The notes under the pieces are model-generated. The model was not told the DNA's origin. It made no database searches and was given only the letters and a program-made list of their open reading frames with translations. Both the position numbers and the translations under genes were made by a program. Shown here one piece after another: positions 46,987-59,075 of a stretch of 64,000 bases of DNA (position 1 is the stretch's first letter; the number at the start of each line of letters is the position of its first letter). The DNA is from Mobula hypostoma (Eukaryota). The stretch spans positions 5,704,001 through 5,768,000 of the forward strand of contig NC_086097.1 in assembly GCF_963921235.1 (NCBI RefSeq). The letters are read 5' to 3'.

Positions 46987-49900
46987 CATGAGACCATGAG
47001 ATATAGGAGTAGAATTAGGCTCTTTGGCCCATCAAGTCTGCTCCACCATTTCCATTTCCCTCTCAGCCCCATTCTCCTGCCTTCTCTCCATATCCCTTCA
47101 TGCCCTGACTAATCAAGAATCAATCTCTGCCTTAAATATACCCAGTGACTTGGCATCCACAGCCACCAGTGGCAACAAATTCCACAGATTCACCACACAT
47201 TGAATACGTTGAGGCTCTAAAATGTTCCAAAGTAAAGGTTGTGGGAGGTTTAATGAATGATGGTCGATGAAGGTCAATGCACCGTATGCCTTCTCAAACA
47301 CAGAGTCAACCTGTGCAGCAGCTTTGAGTGTCCTATGGACTCGGACCCCAAGATCCCTCTGATCCTCCACACTGCCAAGAGTCTTACCATGAATACTATA
47401 TTCTGCCATCATACTTGTCCTACCAAAATGAACCACCTCACACTTATCTGGTTTGAACTCCATCTGCCACTTCTCAGCCCAGTTTTGCATCTTATCAATG
47501 CCCCGCTGTAACCTCTGACAGCCCTTCACACTATCCACAATATCTTCAATCTTTGTGTCATCAGCAAATTTACTAACCCATCCTTCCACTTCTTCATCCA
47601 GGACATTTTTAAAAATCACAAAAAGTAGGGGTCCTAGAACAGATCCTTGAGGGACAACACTGGTGGCCGACCTCCATGCAGAATATGACCCATCTACAAC
47701 CACTCTTTGCCTTCTGTGGGCAAGCCAGTCCAGGGTCCACAAAGCAAGGTCCCCTTGGATCCTTACTTTCTCAATAAGCGTTGCATGGGGGACCTTGTCA
47801 AATGCCTTGCTGAAATCCATATACACTACATCTACTGCTCTACAATCATCAATGTGTTTAGTCACATCCTCAAAAAATTCAATCAGAATCGTAAGGCACG
47901 ACCTGCCCTTCACAAAGCCATGCTGACTATTTCTAATCATATTATGCCTCTCCAAATGTTCATAAATCCTGCCTCTCGGGATCTTCTCCATCAACTTACC
48001 AACCACACAAGTTCTCCTGAAATGAATCCAGCATTACATTAGTCTTCCTCTCCACTGACTCAACCAACAAACTAACATTTAGGGATTCCTGCACAAGGAC
48101 ATGAAAGTCCCTTTGCAACTCAGATTTTGTATTTTCTCTCCTTTTAGAAAATAATCAATGCTTTCATTTTTTTCTACCAAAGTGCATGACCATACACTTC
48201 CCAACACTGTATTCCATCTGCCACTTTGTCCATTCTCCTAATCTGTCCAATTCCTTCTGTGGCCTCTCTACTTCCTCAAAACTACCTGCCTCTCCATCTA
48301 GCTCCATATTGCCTGCAAGCTTTGCAACAAAGCCATCAATTCCATCATCGAAATCATTGACATATAGCATAAGAAGAATTAGTTTCAGCATCGACCCCTG
48401 TGGAACATCACTAGTCACCGGCAGCCAAACAGAAAAGGATCCCTTTATTCCCACTCTTTGCTAATCAGCCACTGCTTTATCCATGCTAGAATCTTTCCTG
48501 TAATTCTCTGGGCTTGTAGTTTGTTAACCATCTTCAGGTGTGGCATCTTGTCAAAGGTCTTCTGGAAATCCAAGTACACAACATCTTTTGTCTATCCTGC
48601 ATGTTATTTCTTCAAAGAATTCCAACAAATTTGTCAGGCAAGACTTTTGCTGGAGGAAACCATATTGACTGTGGCCTATTTTATCATGTACCTCCAAGTA
48701 CCACAAAACCACATCCTTAACAATCGACTCCAATATCTTCCCAACCACTGAGGTCAGACAAACTGGCCTATAGTTTCTTTCCTTTCTCTCGCTCATTTCT
48801 TGAAGAGAGGAGGAACATTTGCTATCTTTTAGTCTTTCAGAGCCATTCCAGAATCTAGTAGTTTTTGACAATTAATTCCTAAATTCCACAATGTCTTCAA
48901 CCATCTTTTAGAACCCTGGGTTGCACACCATCTAGAAACATAGAAACATAGAAAACTTACAGTACAATACAGGCCTTCTGGCCCACAAAGCTCTGCCAAA
49001 CATGTCCTTAACTTAAAATTACCTAGGGTTACCTATAGCCCTCTATTTTTCTAAGCTCCATGTACCTATCCAGGAGTCTCTTAAAAGACCCTATCGTATC
49101 TGCCTCCACCATCGTCGCTGGCAGCCCATTCCACGCACTCACCACTCTGCGTAAAAAACTTACCCTGATATCTCCGCTGCACCTACTTCCAAGAACCTTA
49201 AAACTTTGTCCTCTCATGCTAGCCATTTCAGCCCTGGGGAAAAGCCTCTAACTATCCATACGATCAATGCCTCTCATCATCTTATACATTTCTATCAGGT
49301 CAACTCTCATCCTCCGTCGCTCCAAGGAGAAAAGGCCGAGTTCACTCAAACTATTCTCATAAGGCATGCTCCCCAATCCAGGCAACATCCTTGTAAATTT
49401 CCTCTGCACCCTTTCTATGGTTTCCACATCCTTTCTATAGTGAGGCGACCAGAACTGAGCACAGTACTCCAAGTGGGATCTGACCAGGGTCCTATATAGT
49501 TGCAACGTTACCTCTCGGCTCCTAAACTCAATCACATGATTGATGAAGGCCAATGCACCGTATGCCTTCTTAACGACAGAGTCAACCTGCGTAGCAGCCT
49601 TGAGTGTCCTATGGACTCGGACCCCAAGATCCCTCTGATCCTCCACACTGTCAGGAGTCTTACCATTAATAATGAACCACCTCACACTTACCTGGGTTGA
49701 ACTCCATCTGTCACTTCTCAGCCAAGTTTTGCATCCTATCAATGTCCCGCTGTAACCTCTGACAGCCCTCCACACTATCCACAACACCCCCAACCTTTGT
49801 GTCATCAGCAAATTTACTAACCCATCCCTCCACTTCCTCATCCAAGTCATTTATAGAAGTCACAAAGAGAAGGGATCCGAGAACAGATCCCTGAGGCAAA

Positions 49901-52900
49901 CCACTGATCACCGACCTTCATGCAGAATATGACCTGTCTACAACCACTCTGCTTTCTGTGGGCAAACCAGTCCTGGATCTACATAGCAATGTCCCCTTGG
50001 ATCCCATGCCTCCTTACTTTCTCAATAAGCCATGCATGGGTACCTTGTCAAATACCTTGCTGAAATCCATGTATATTGCATCTACTACTCTACCTTCATC
50101 AATGTGTTTAGTCCCATACTCAAAAAAGTTCAATCAGGCTCGTAAGGCTCGACCTGCCTTTCAGAAAGCCATGCTAACTATTTCTAATCGTAATCATATT
50201 ATGCCTATCTGGTCCAGATAACTTCATACCTTTCAGATTCCCAAGAACCTTCTCTGTAGTTTCGGTAACTTCACACACTTCATGACCCACGAATTATCCT
50301 GGAACTTTCACCATACTACTTGTGTCTTCCAGAGTGAAGACTGATGCAAAATACTTATTTTGTTTGTCCGCCATTTCCTTGTCCCCCCATTACTACCTCT
50401 CCAGCATCATTTTCCAGCGGTCCGACATCCACACTCACCTCCCTTACTTTCATCTTCCATATTTTCCTTCTTAATGACTTTCATAATTGCCTTCTGTTGG
50501 TATTTATTAGCTCAATTATCTTTGCTCTATTATATGGCATGGTTGATGTCATTTTGCAGTTGGAATACTTCTTCCTCTTTGGGATGTATATATCCTGTGC
50601 CTTCCAAATTGCTTCCAGAAATTCCGGCCATTGCTGCTCTGCCGTAATACCTGCCAGTATTCTTTTCCAAACATTTATGTCTAGTTCCTGTCTCCTGCCT
50701 CTGTAATTCCCTTTACTCCACTGTAATACTGATACATCTGACTTTAGCTTCTCCTTCTCAAATTTCAGGGTGAATTCCATATACAGTATGCTCACTATCA
50801 CCTGAGTGTTCTTTTACCTTAAGCTCTCTAATCAATTCTGGTTTATTGCTCAGCATCCAATCCAGAATAGCTGATCACCTAGGGGGCTCAGCCATGAACT
50901 GTTCTAAAAAGCCATCTTGTAGGCATTCTAGAAAATTCCCTTCTTGGAATCTGGTACCAATGTGATTTTCCCAATTTACCTGCATATTGAAATCCCCTAT
51001 ATCTATTGTAACTTTGCCATTTTGGCATGCACTTTCTATCTCCCTTTGTAACTTATAGACTCCAACATCCTCCCAACTACTGGGATCAGACTAACTGGCC
51101 TATAGTTTTTTTTTCTTTTGCGTCTTTCCTTTCTTGAAGAGATGAATGACATTTGCAATTTTTCAGTCTTCTGGAACCATTCTAGTATCTAGTGACTCTT
51201 GAAAGGTCATTACTAATGCCTCCATGATCTTTTCAGTTGTCTCTTTCAGAACTCTGTGGTGTATACCATTTGGTCCTGGTGACTTATCTACCTTCAGACC
51301 TTTCAGTTTCCCAAGAACCTTCTCTCTAGTAATGGTAACTTCACAGACCATACCCCTCATACTTGGAACTTCCACCATACTGATAATGGCTTCCACAGTG
51401 AAGAGTGATGCAAAATACTTATTTTGATTGTCCACCATTTCCTTGCTCCCTCATTACTACCTATACAGCATCATTTTACAGTGTTCCAATATCAACTCTT
51501 GTTTCTCTTTTACACTTTATATATCTGAAGAAACTTTTGGTATCCTCTTCAATATTATTGATTAGCTTACTATTGTATTCAATCTTTACTGTCTTAATAA
51601 CTTTTTAGTTGTTTTTCAAAACTTCCCCATCCTATAACTTCCTATTTTTTCTCTATTATATGCCCTCTATTTGGCTTTTATGTTGGCTTTGACTTCTCTT
51701 ATTAGCCAAGGCTGTGCCATCTTTCTTTTAGAACACCTCTCCCTCTTTGAGATGTATATATCCTGTGTCTTTCAAATTGCTTCCAGAAATTCCAGCCATT
51801 GCTGCTCTGCCATCATCCCTGCCAGTGTTCTTTTCCAATCAATTCTGGCCAACTCCTCATATGCCTCTGTAATTCCCTTTACTCCATTGTAATACTGATA
51901 CATCTGACTTTAGTTTCTCCTTCTCAAATTTCATGGTGAATTCGATCATATTATGACTACTTGGCCCAAAGCGTTCTTTTACCTTAAGCTCTCTAATCAA
52001 TTCTGGTTCTGTGCAGAATACTCAATCCAGAATAGCTGATCCCCTTGTAGGCTCAACCACAAGATGTTCTATAAAGCCATCTTGTAGGCACTGTAGAAAT
52101 TCCCCTTCTGAAATCCAGCAGAAACCTAATTTTCCCAATCTACCTACATATTGAAATCCCTTATGACTATTGAAACATTGCCCTTTTGGCATGCTTTTTC
52201 TATCCCCCTTTGTAATTTGTAGACAACATTCTTGCTACCTTTGGGGTTCTGTATTCAACCCCCATCAGGGTCTTTTTATCCTTGCTGTTCCTTAAGTCTC
52301 CACAATTATTTAACACCTTCTGACCCTGTGTCACATCTTTTTAATAATTTGATTTCATTTCTTACTAAAAAAAGTAACACCTCCCCTTCTGCCTTCCTGT
52401 TTGTCCTTTCAATACAATATGACATTAAGCTTCCAGCTATACTCTTCCTTCAGCCATGATTCAGTGATGCACACAACATCATGCTTGCCAATCTGTAACT
52501 GTGTTACAAGCTAATCTACCTTATTGCATATACTGCGGACATTCAAATATAACACCGTTAGTCCTGCCTTCAACCTTTTGATATTGTCCAACTTTTATGT
52601 TGCAACTCATCCGGTCGACCACAATTTTGCCCTATTAACAGTCTCTGCTTACTACACATTGCCTCTGTTTGTAAACCAGCTACCTTATCTTCTGCATTAT
52701 CATCTGTCTTTCCTACAATACTTCTTGCATTGAATAACAAACCTTCCCACTAGGATATTCGTCCCCTCTCATTTCAGGTGCAAACTGTCCCTTTTGTACA
52801 GGGCACACCTTCCCTGGAAGAGCCCAATGATCCGAAAACCTTATGCCCTCCCTCCTACACCTACTCTTAGCTACGTATTAAACTGTGTAATCTTCCTAGT

Positions 52901-53230
52901 TCTGGCCTCATTAGCATGTGGCACAGTTAGCAATTCTGAGATCACAGCCTTGTAGGTCCTGCCTTTTAACTTAGCACCTAAATTCCTGAACTCCCTATGC
53001 AGAATCTCGTCACTCATCCTACCCACGTCATTGGTACCTACTTCGACCATGACTTCTGGCTGTCACTCTCCCACTTAGAATGCCGAGGACTCAATCTGAG
53101 ATACCCCAGAGAAAACATACCATCTAAGAATCTCCTTTTTTCCCACTAAATCTCCTGACCATCCCCCTAACTAACAAATCCCCTATTACCACAGCCTGCC
53201 TCTTCTCCCCACTTACCTTCTGAGTTTCAG
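46987..53230 (-). mobile_element. Nested cluster of at least five CR1 pieces, all on the minus strand
   Basis: RT ORF 47113-48006 (DFSKAFDKVPH, PQGSVLGP, KFADDTK); 48933-50205 copy with CTATGTTT-repeat tail; duplicated EN-RT linker (50205-51058 vs 51268-52220); esterase remnant at about 52740-53100. Confidence 0.9.
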
Positions 53231-53953
53231 AACTTTGGAAGGTTTCCAGGGCGCAGGCCTGGGCAAGGTTGTATGGAAGACCAGCAGTTGCCCATGCTGC
53301 AAGTCTCCCCTCTCCACGTCACCGATGTTATCCAAGGGAAGGACATTAGGACCCATACAGCTTGGCACCGGTGTCGTCGCAGAGCAATGTGTGGTTAAGT
53401 GCCTTGCTCAACTTACTGGCACTACTTATTCAATTTAATTCTAGATATATATTTCTTCTTACAATCTATAATCTTTTTATTATTATACACTGCATTGTAC
53501 TGTTGCTGTAAAACAGCACATTTCACGACATATCTGAATGATATTAAACCTGATTCAGATTGCCACCTATCATGTGCATTGAATAAACAGAGATATTCAT
53601 CCCACAATCTCCCTATTCCTGGTCTGTTTTCACAGGCAGTCTTGATGCAATACAATATGTAAAAAGAGGGAAAAGCTACTTTTATCACATTTCTGATTAT
53701 GAAGCAATTTTCTGTAATGTGGTTCCCCTTTAAAGTACAAATAGACTCACTATTGTCGCTTGGAGTATTTATTGATGTGCACTTCACTTGTGTTTCCTAT
53801 ATGATTAATTCATTAAATTAAATCTTTTTCGGGCAGTAAGCACCTTGTTCTCAGTAAACAAGGCTTTGTGTAATTGCTTGTCAAGTCCATTTATTGCAAT
53901 ATACAAAAATCACAGAGCAATCAGCTGCACTTCAAATTGTATTACTGCCTCAC

Positions 53954-54015
53954 CCTCTGATTTCTTCTCTGATTTAAAAGGCTGAAGTAGCACCCGGCTT
54001 GGGATTTGCTTGCGC
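53954..54015 (-). other. Candidate internal exon of an unidentified host transcript (62 bp)
   Basis: Minus strand: TTTTCTGTTCTTTTCTTCTTCCATTTTTATTTTGGTAG|GCGC...CAGAGG|GTGAGG; open as RKQIPSRVLLQPFKSEKKSE or ASKSQAGCYFSLLNQRRNQR. Confidence 0.45.
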
Positions 54016-54177
54016 CTACCAAAATAAAAATGGAAGAAGAAAAGAACAGAAAACAAGACCAGAACTGGTATCTGTAAAGTCATACAGACATATAATCAGG
54101 AGGAGGCTATTTCGCCTATTGGAAAAGTGATTGTATAGTCCTGCTCTAATTGTTGAGCCTCACGCGTTTTTTGCAAT

Positions 54178-54699
54178 ATACATACAATTGTCTCTTATGT
54201 ACCTGCTTGGTACTTCAAATATCCAATTAGCCAATCTACGCAGCAGCAATTCAATGGGTAAAGCCATGCAGACATAGTCAACAGTTTCAGTTATTGTTCA
54301 GGCCAAACATCAAAATGGGGAAGAAATGTAATCAAAGTAGCTTTGGCCTTGGAATAATTGTTGGTGCTAGATGGGGTAATTTGAGTATCTTAGAATGTGC
54401 TGATCTCCTGGGATTTAGACTTTACAGAGAATGGTGCAGAACACAAAAAACACCCAGTGATCAGCAGTTCTGTGGGTTAATGACAGAGATCAGAGGAGAA
54501 TGGCCAAACCGATTCAAGATGACAAGAATATGACAGTAACTCATGTGTTATAACAGTGGTGTGCAGAGGAACATCTCTAAATGCACAACATGTCAAACTT
54601 TGAAGTAGATGGACTACAGCAGCAGAAAACCATGAACATATACTCAGTGGCCACTTTATTATGGATAGGAGCCACCTGAAAAAGTGGCCACTAAGTGTG
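54178..54699 (+). mobile_element. Non-autonomous Tc1-like transposon
   Basis: MGKKCNQSSFGLGIIVGARWGNLSILECADLLGF resembles a Tc1 transposase N-terminal HTH; TIR-like sequence CTCAGTGGCCACTTT at the right end. Confidence 0.75.
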
Positions 54700-55009
54700 T
54701 TAGAAAATTGAAAAAAAAATAGGTTTGATGCTGACAATCTGAATCAAAAATGGGAAATGCACAGTTTATCTGGAACCAACTGTGGAGAGAGTAACAAAGT
54801 TAGTGTTTTAGGTGTATGACCTCTCATTGAATCTAATTCTGTAGGATGGTCACTGGAGATTTATCTCAGCTTGCCTTCCTGCACATGCTGCCTGATCAGA
54901 ATTAGGATTATTACCACTGACATATGTCATGAGGTTTGTTGTTTTGCTGCAGCAGTACTGTGAAATACATTAAAAATATTTTAAAAGTATATATATTGCA
55001 ATAGGAATT

Positions 55010-55150
55010 AGATTTCCAGCATCTGCAGATTTTCTCTTGTTTGTTAAAAAAATGTAGGTGTTGCAAACACACAAAACTCTACAGATGCTGAAATTCCAGA
55101 GCAACACACACAAAATACTGGAGGAACTCAACACATAAGGGAGCATCTGG
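55010..55150. mobile_element. Two tail-to-tail Penelope terminal fragments
   Basis: TTTCCAGCATCTGCAGATTTTCTCTTGTTTG followed by CAGATGCTGAAATTCCAGAGCAACACACACAAAATACTGGAGGAACTC. Confidence 0.7.
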
Positions 55151-55427
55151 TTTTTCATTCCTTTCCCCAGGAGAAAGACCGGTGTACTCACCAATCTACG
55201 CATCTCATGATTTTATACACACACCCCCACCATAATGCCAAAATACTGTAAAAAGTTTACAGTGACAGCTTATTCAATACCTGGGTCCTGGCTCTCACTA
55301 CAAGCTCACTCATGTTCTGGACCCCAACCCTAACTCCAGCTACACACCCAGATCAAATACTTCAGATCCACAGCTCTGGATTGCCAGCTTACTTTGCAGA
55401 CTGAAAAAAGAGCCAGAATGTGGAGCA

Positions 55428-55885
55428 TCAAAGTTCAAAGTAAATTTTTATGAAAGTTCATGTATGGCACCATATACAGCTCTGAGATTTGTTTTCTTGT
55501 GGGCATTCACAATAAGTACAAATAAACACAGTAGAATCGATGAAAAAATGCACTCAACATGATGGACCAATGTGCAGAAAGCAACAAACTGCAAAAAAAC
55601 AAAGAAAAATATCAAATCAAAAAGCATAAATAAATAAGAAATAAATATCGAGAACATGAGACGAAAAGTGTTTGAAAGTGAGTCTATAGGTTGTGGGATT
55701 AGTTCAGTGTTAGGTTGAGTGAAGCTATCCTCTCTGGTTCAAGAGCCTGATGATTGAGGGGTAATAACTGTTCCTGAACCTGGTGGTGTGAGTCCTGAGT
55801 CCCCTGTACCTCCTTCCTGATGTCAGCAGCGAGAAGAGAGTATGGCCTGGGTGGTGGGGGTTCTCGATGTTGGATGTTGCTTTCA
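55428..55885 (-). mobile_element. Rex1/Babar 3' fragment
   Basis: HHPGHTLFSLLTSGRRYRGLRTHTTRFRNSYYPSIIRLLNQ. Confidence 0.85.
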
Positions 55886-56493
55886 TGTGACAGCATACAA
55901 ATATAAGCATGACATTGGAGCTGTGCTTAGCCTCAGAGGATTTCTGAATGATGAGATGTTGGATTGTCAGAGCTGTACTGTGGTGATCAGTGCTGTAGAT
56001 GGCTGTATTGGGTCTGGAGAACCAAACGAGCCACCTGTCTAATTTTCCACTTCTTTTCCTGATTTTTTTTAATGTATATGTGTCTATAGTTGGTAAGACT
56101 GATCTACAGCAGTTTTTACACCTTGTTTGAGATGACAGCTTCCTGTAACAATGATTTCAGATAGATATAATTCAAATTGATCATAAATCCAGAGGGATCG
56201 CTGAGGAAGAATGCGGAAAAAATACCACAGCAAAACTATAACAAATAACCGACTCCTCATCAAAGCATGAATTTTGTTTGTTGAAATGAAAACTCCATTT
56301 ACATTCTCTTGAGATAGATTTCACCTGAGAAAGGAGAAAGCAAAAGTTTCAATTATATTTACAAGGCAACTCATGTCTTAATAAAACCGTTTGGTTTGTA
56401 GGAGTCTTCCATAAGGGAAAGAGATGTTTATATTCCTCTAGGAATATCTGATTCTGGAAAAGCAGTCAACATTTCTCTGGCTGCACAAGGCTG

Positions 56494-57294
56494 TGTTACA
56501 TGTCAACATTTTTTTTTATTAACTGTAAGTGTCATTTAGGTGTGCGGATGATGTCATTATAACAAATGCGCGGAGGTTCTTTCTATTCGATTTGAGAGAA
56601 TTCTGGAAAAAATCATCAGTTAAATGATTCAACGGACCATGAGCTACCAGCGAGGGAGTGAATTGAGTTGAGTGAGTTGAAGAGTTCACTACAGCCATGG
56701 GCGGTCCCAATATTTCTCCATGTCGGATGATTGTGATAATTTGCGGCACACGGTGCATATTGGATACGTGACTGTCACTTTATTTGATCCGTACTTGGAT
56801 TTCTGGAGTATTCTGTGGCGACCACTTCTTTTAACCTATACATGGATTCGGGTGTGTTACATGGCGACCACTTGTGTTAATGAATATTCTGTGACTGTCA
56901 CCTTGTGATATCCCTATGTGGATTTTGGAACTTAAGCAACACCTTACTATCCCTGCGTGGACTCTAATATTTAAGTGACGGCCACTCAACTTCTGGAATC
57001 TTCTGTGGCTGTCACCTCGCGTCATCGTAATGTGAATTTATGAGCCCTACCTGTTCCCGTGGATTTCAGAACCTTCTGGATTGCCATCCTAGGACTCTGT
57101 TTAAATTGTCTATATTTTGGGTTGAGTAAGACTCGGGAAGAACTGTTTCCAGACCTCCAGTTTGTGAGCTAAGATGCATTGCACTGTTAATTTTGGTTAG
57201 GGGAGTAATTGTTTTAATTGACTATTAAGTTGAAAATATAGTTGTTTAATGTTAAAAATCTGTGTCTTTGGTCTATTGCTGCTAGCACGTAACA
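56494..57294 (+). mobile_element. Solo LTR (Gypsy-type), 801 bp, 4-bp TSD
   Basis: TGTTACATG...CACGTAACA inverted termini; GCTG at 56490-56493 and 57295-57298; orientation inferred. Confidence 0.85.
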
Positions 57295-57774
57295 GCTGTA
57301 TCAGTTAGTGGGCCCTCTCTCTCTTGGTTAGCCTTTTGTTCATCATCTTCAGGATACGTCATCATCCTCTTCAGCTTGAGTGGACAAAAACACTTCCTCA
57401 TTTCAGCATTGAATGACATTCAGCAAACTCCAGTAACTCTAACTCATTTGGTGGGTTATGCTGAAAGACTCGACCAGACTTGTTAAGGGACCGAAACAAA
57501 CTTGAGAGTACCGGTCATCTGCTTGCCCGTACTTCCCACAGTCCCATGAGTCTCATTATATTTGCAGTCTGTTGCTCTCAGTAGTAGAGCTATTAACGGT
57601 GCCTGTAAGGAATATCCTGATCGCCCACCAACCATCCTAATGCACAGTCTGAGATATTGTTGTTGGATCAAAGCTTCCTCTGTGACAAGGGTTAACAAAA
57701 TTGATTCAGGATTCAGGGTTCAAGATTGTTTAATGTCATTACCAGTACACAAATGTAAAGGAGATGAAATAATT

Positions 57775-58090
57775 GGCATGGTAATGTAGTGATTAGCACA
57801 GTGTTTTACAATACAGGCGACCTGACTTCCATTTCTGCCTCTGCCTGTAAGGAGCCTGTACGTTCTCTCCATGACAGTGTGGGTTTCCCCTGGAGTCTGT
57901 ACGTTCTCCCCATGATACTGTGGGTTTCCCCCGGAGCTTTGATTTCCTCCCGCAGACCAAAGACATACCAGTTGGTAGGTTAATTGGCCATTGTAAATTA
58001 TCCTGTCATTAGGCTGGGATTAAATCAGGGGATCACTTGATGGCGTGCTCAAAGTTCCAGAAGGGCACTGTATCTTAATAGAATAAATTT
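57775..58090 (+). mobile_element. V-SINE-type SINE with internal 41-bp duplication
   Basis: tRNA-like head; V core duplicated at 57851-57891 and 57892-57932. Confidence 0.75.
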
Positions 58091-58968
58091 TAAAAATTGT
58101 TACTCTGGAACCAATGCAGCATAGAAAAAGCCAACTAAGATCAGAAACAGAATCAGGTTTAATGACACTGGCAAACGTCATAAAATTAGTTGTTTTGCAC
58201 CAGAAGTTCATTGCAATACATAATAATAGAGAAAAAATGTGAATTACGGTTAAAAAAAATATATATGAAGCAAGTAGTGCAAAAATAGAAATAAAGAAGT
58301 TGTGAGGTAGTGTTCAATGGCCAATCAAATATCAGATGACAGAGGGGAAGAGCTGTTCCTGAATCATTGAGTGCGTGCCTTCAGGCTTCTGTGCCTCCTT
58401 CCTGATGATAGCAGTGAGAAGAGGGCATCACCAGAGTAATGGGCGTCTATAATGATGGATACCGACTTTATGAGGCATCTCCTCTTGAAGAGGGCTGGAA
58501 GAGCCTATTCTGTGCTGCATCTCAATAACATAATTGTTGATCACCTTACTGTTTGAGGAAAGTAACTGTTTCTGAGTGTGGTGGTCCTGGTGTGGGTGCA
58601 ACGTAGCCTCCTCACTGATGGGAGTGGGACAAACAGTTCAAGAGTAGGATGGGATCCTTCATGATATTAGTTTCAAATCTGGAAATAACTGATATAGTAA
58701 TAATAAAGAGAATTTTGAGTTCATATCCTTCAGTTTGTGAATTTGAATTCAATGTGAAAAGTTTGACAGTACAAGGCTAGAGTTAATAATTAGAGAGCAT
58801 GGAAAAAGCAATGGGTTCATTAATAACTTTTCCATCAACTCCTTAACTGGGCTCTGAAATGCTTACAAGCTCCAGTAGTTTTAAAATGCTATTAAATTAA
58901 TGGAGAGAGTGCCAGCCAAGTGAACGGCTTTGTACTTTACTTTATTGATCTTCTTGGGTCTGTCACAG

Positions 58969-59075
58969 CTGTATATACACAGTGATGGATATCCATCAGG
59001 AACCTGCGTACCACAAGCATGTATTCTGCCATGAGGTCTCAGGGGGACTGCGGAACGGGCACGACAATCACCTTT
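58969..59075 (+). CDS. Candidate coding exon of an unidentified host gene (107 bp), possibly carrying the start codon
   Basis: Acceptor TTGATCTTCTTGGGTCTGTCACAG|, donor TTT|GTGAGT; one open frame only; ATG at 58985 in strong Kozak context (GTGATGG) gives MDIHQEPAYHKHVFCHEVSGGLRNGHDNHL; CpGs retained; not repeat-like. Confidence 0.55.
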
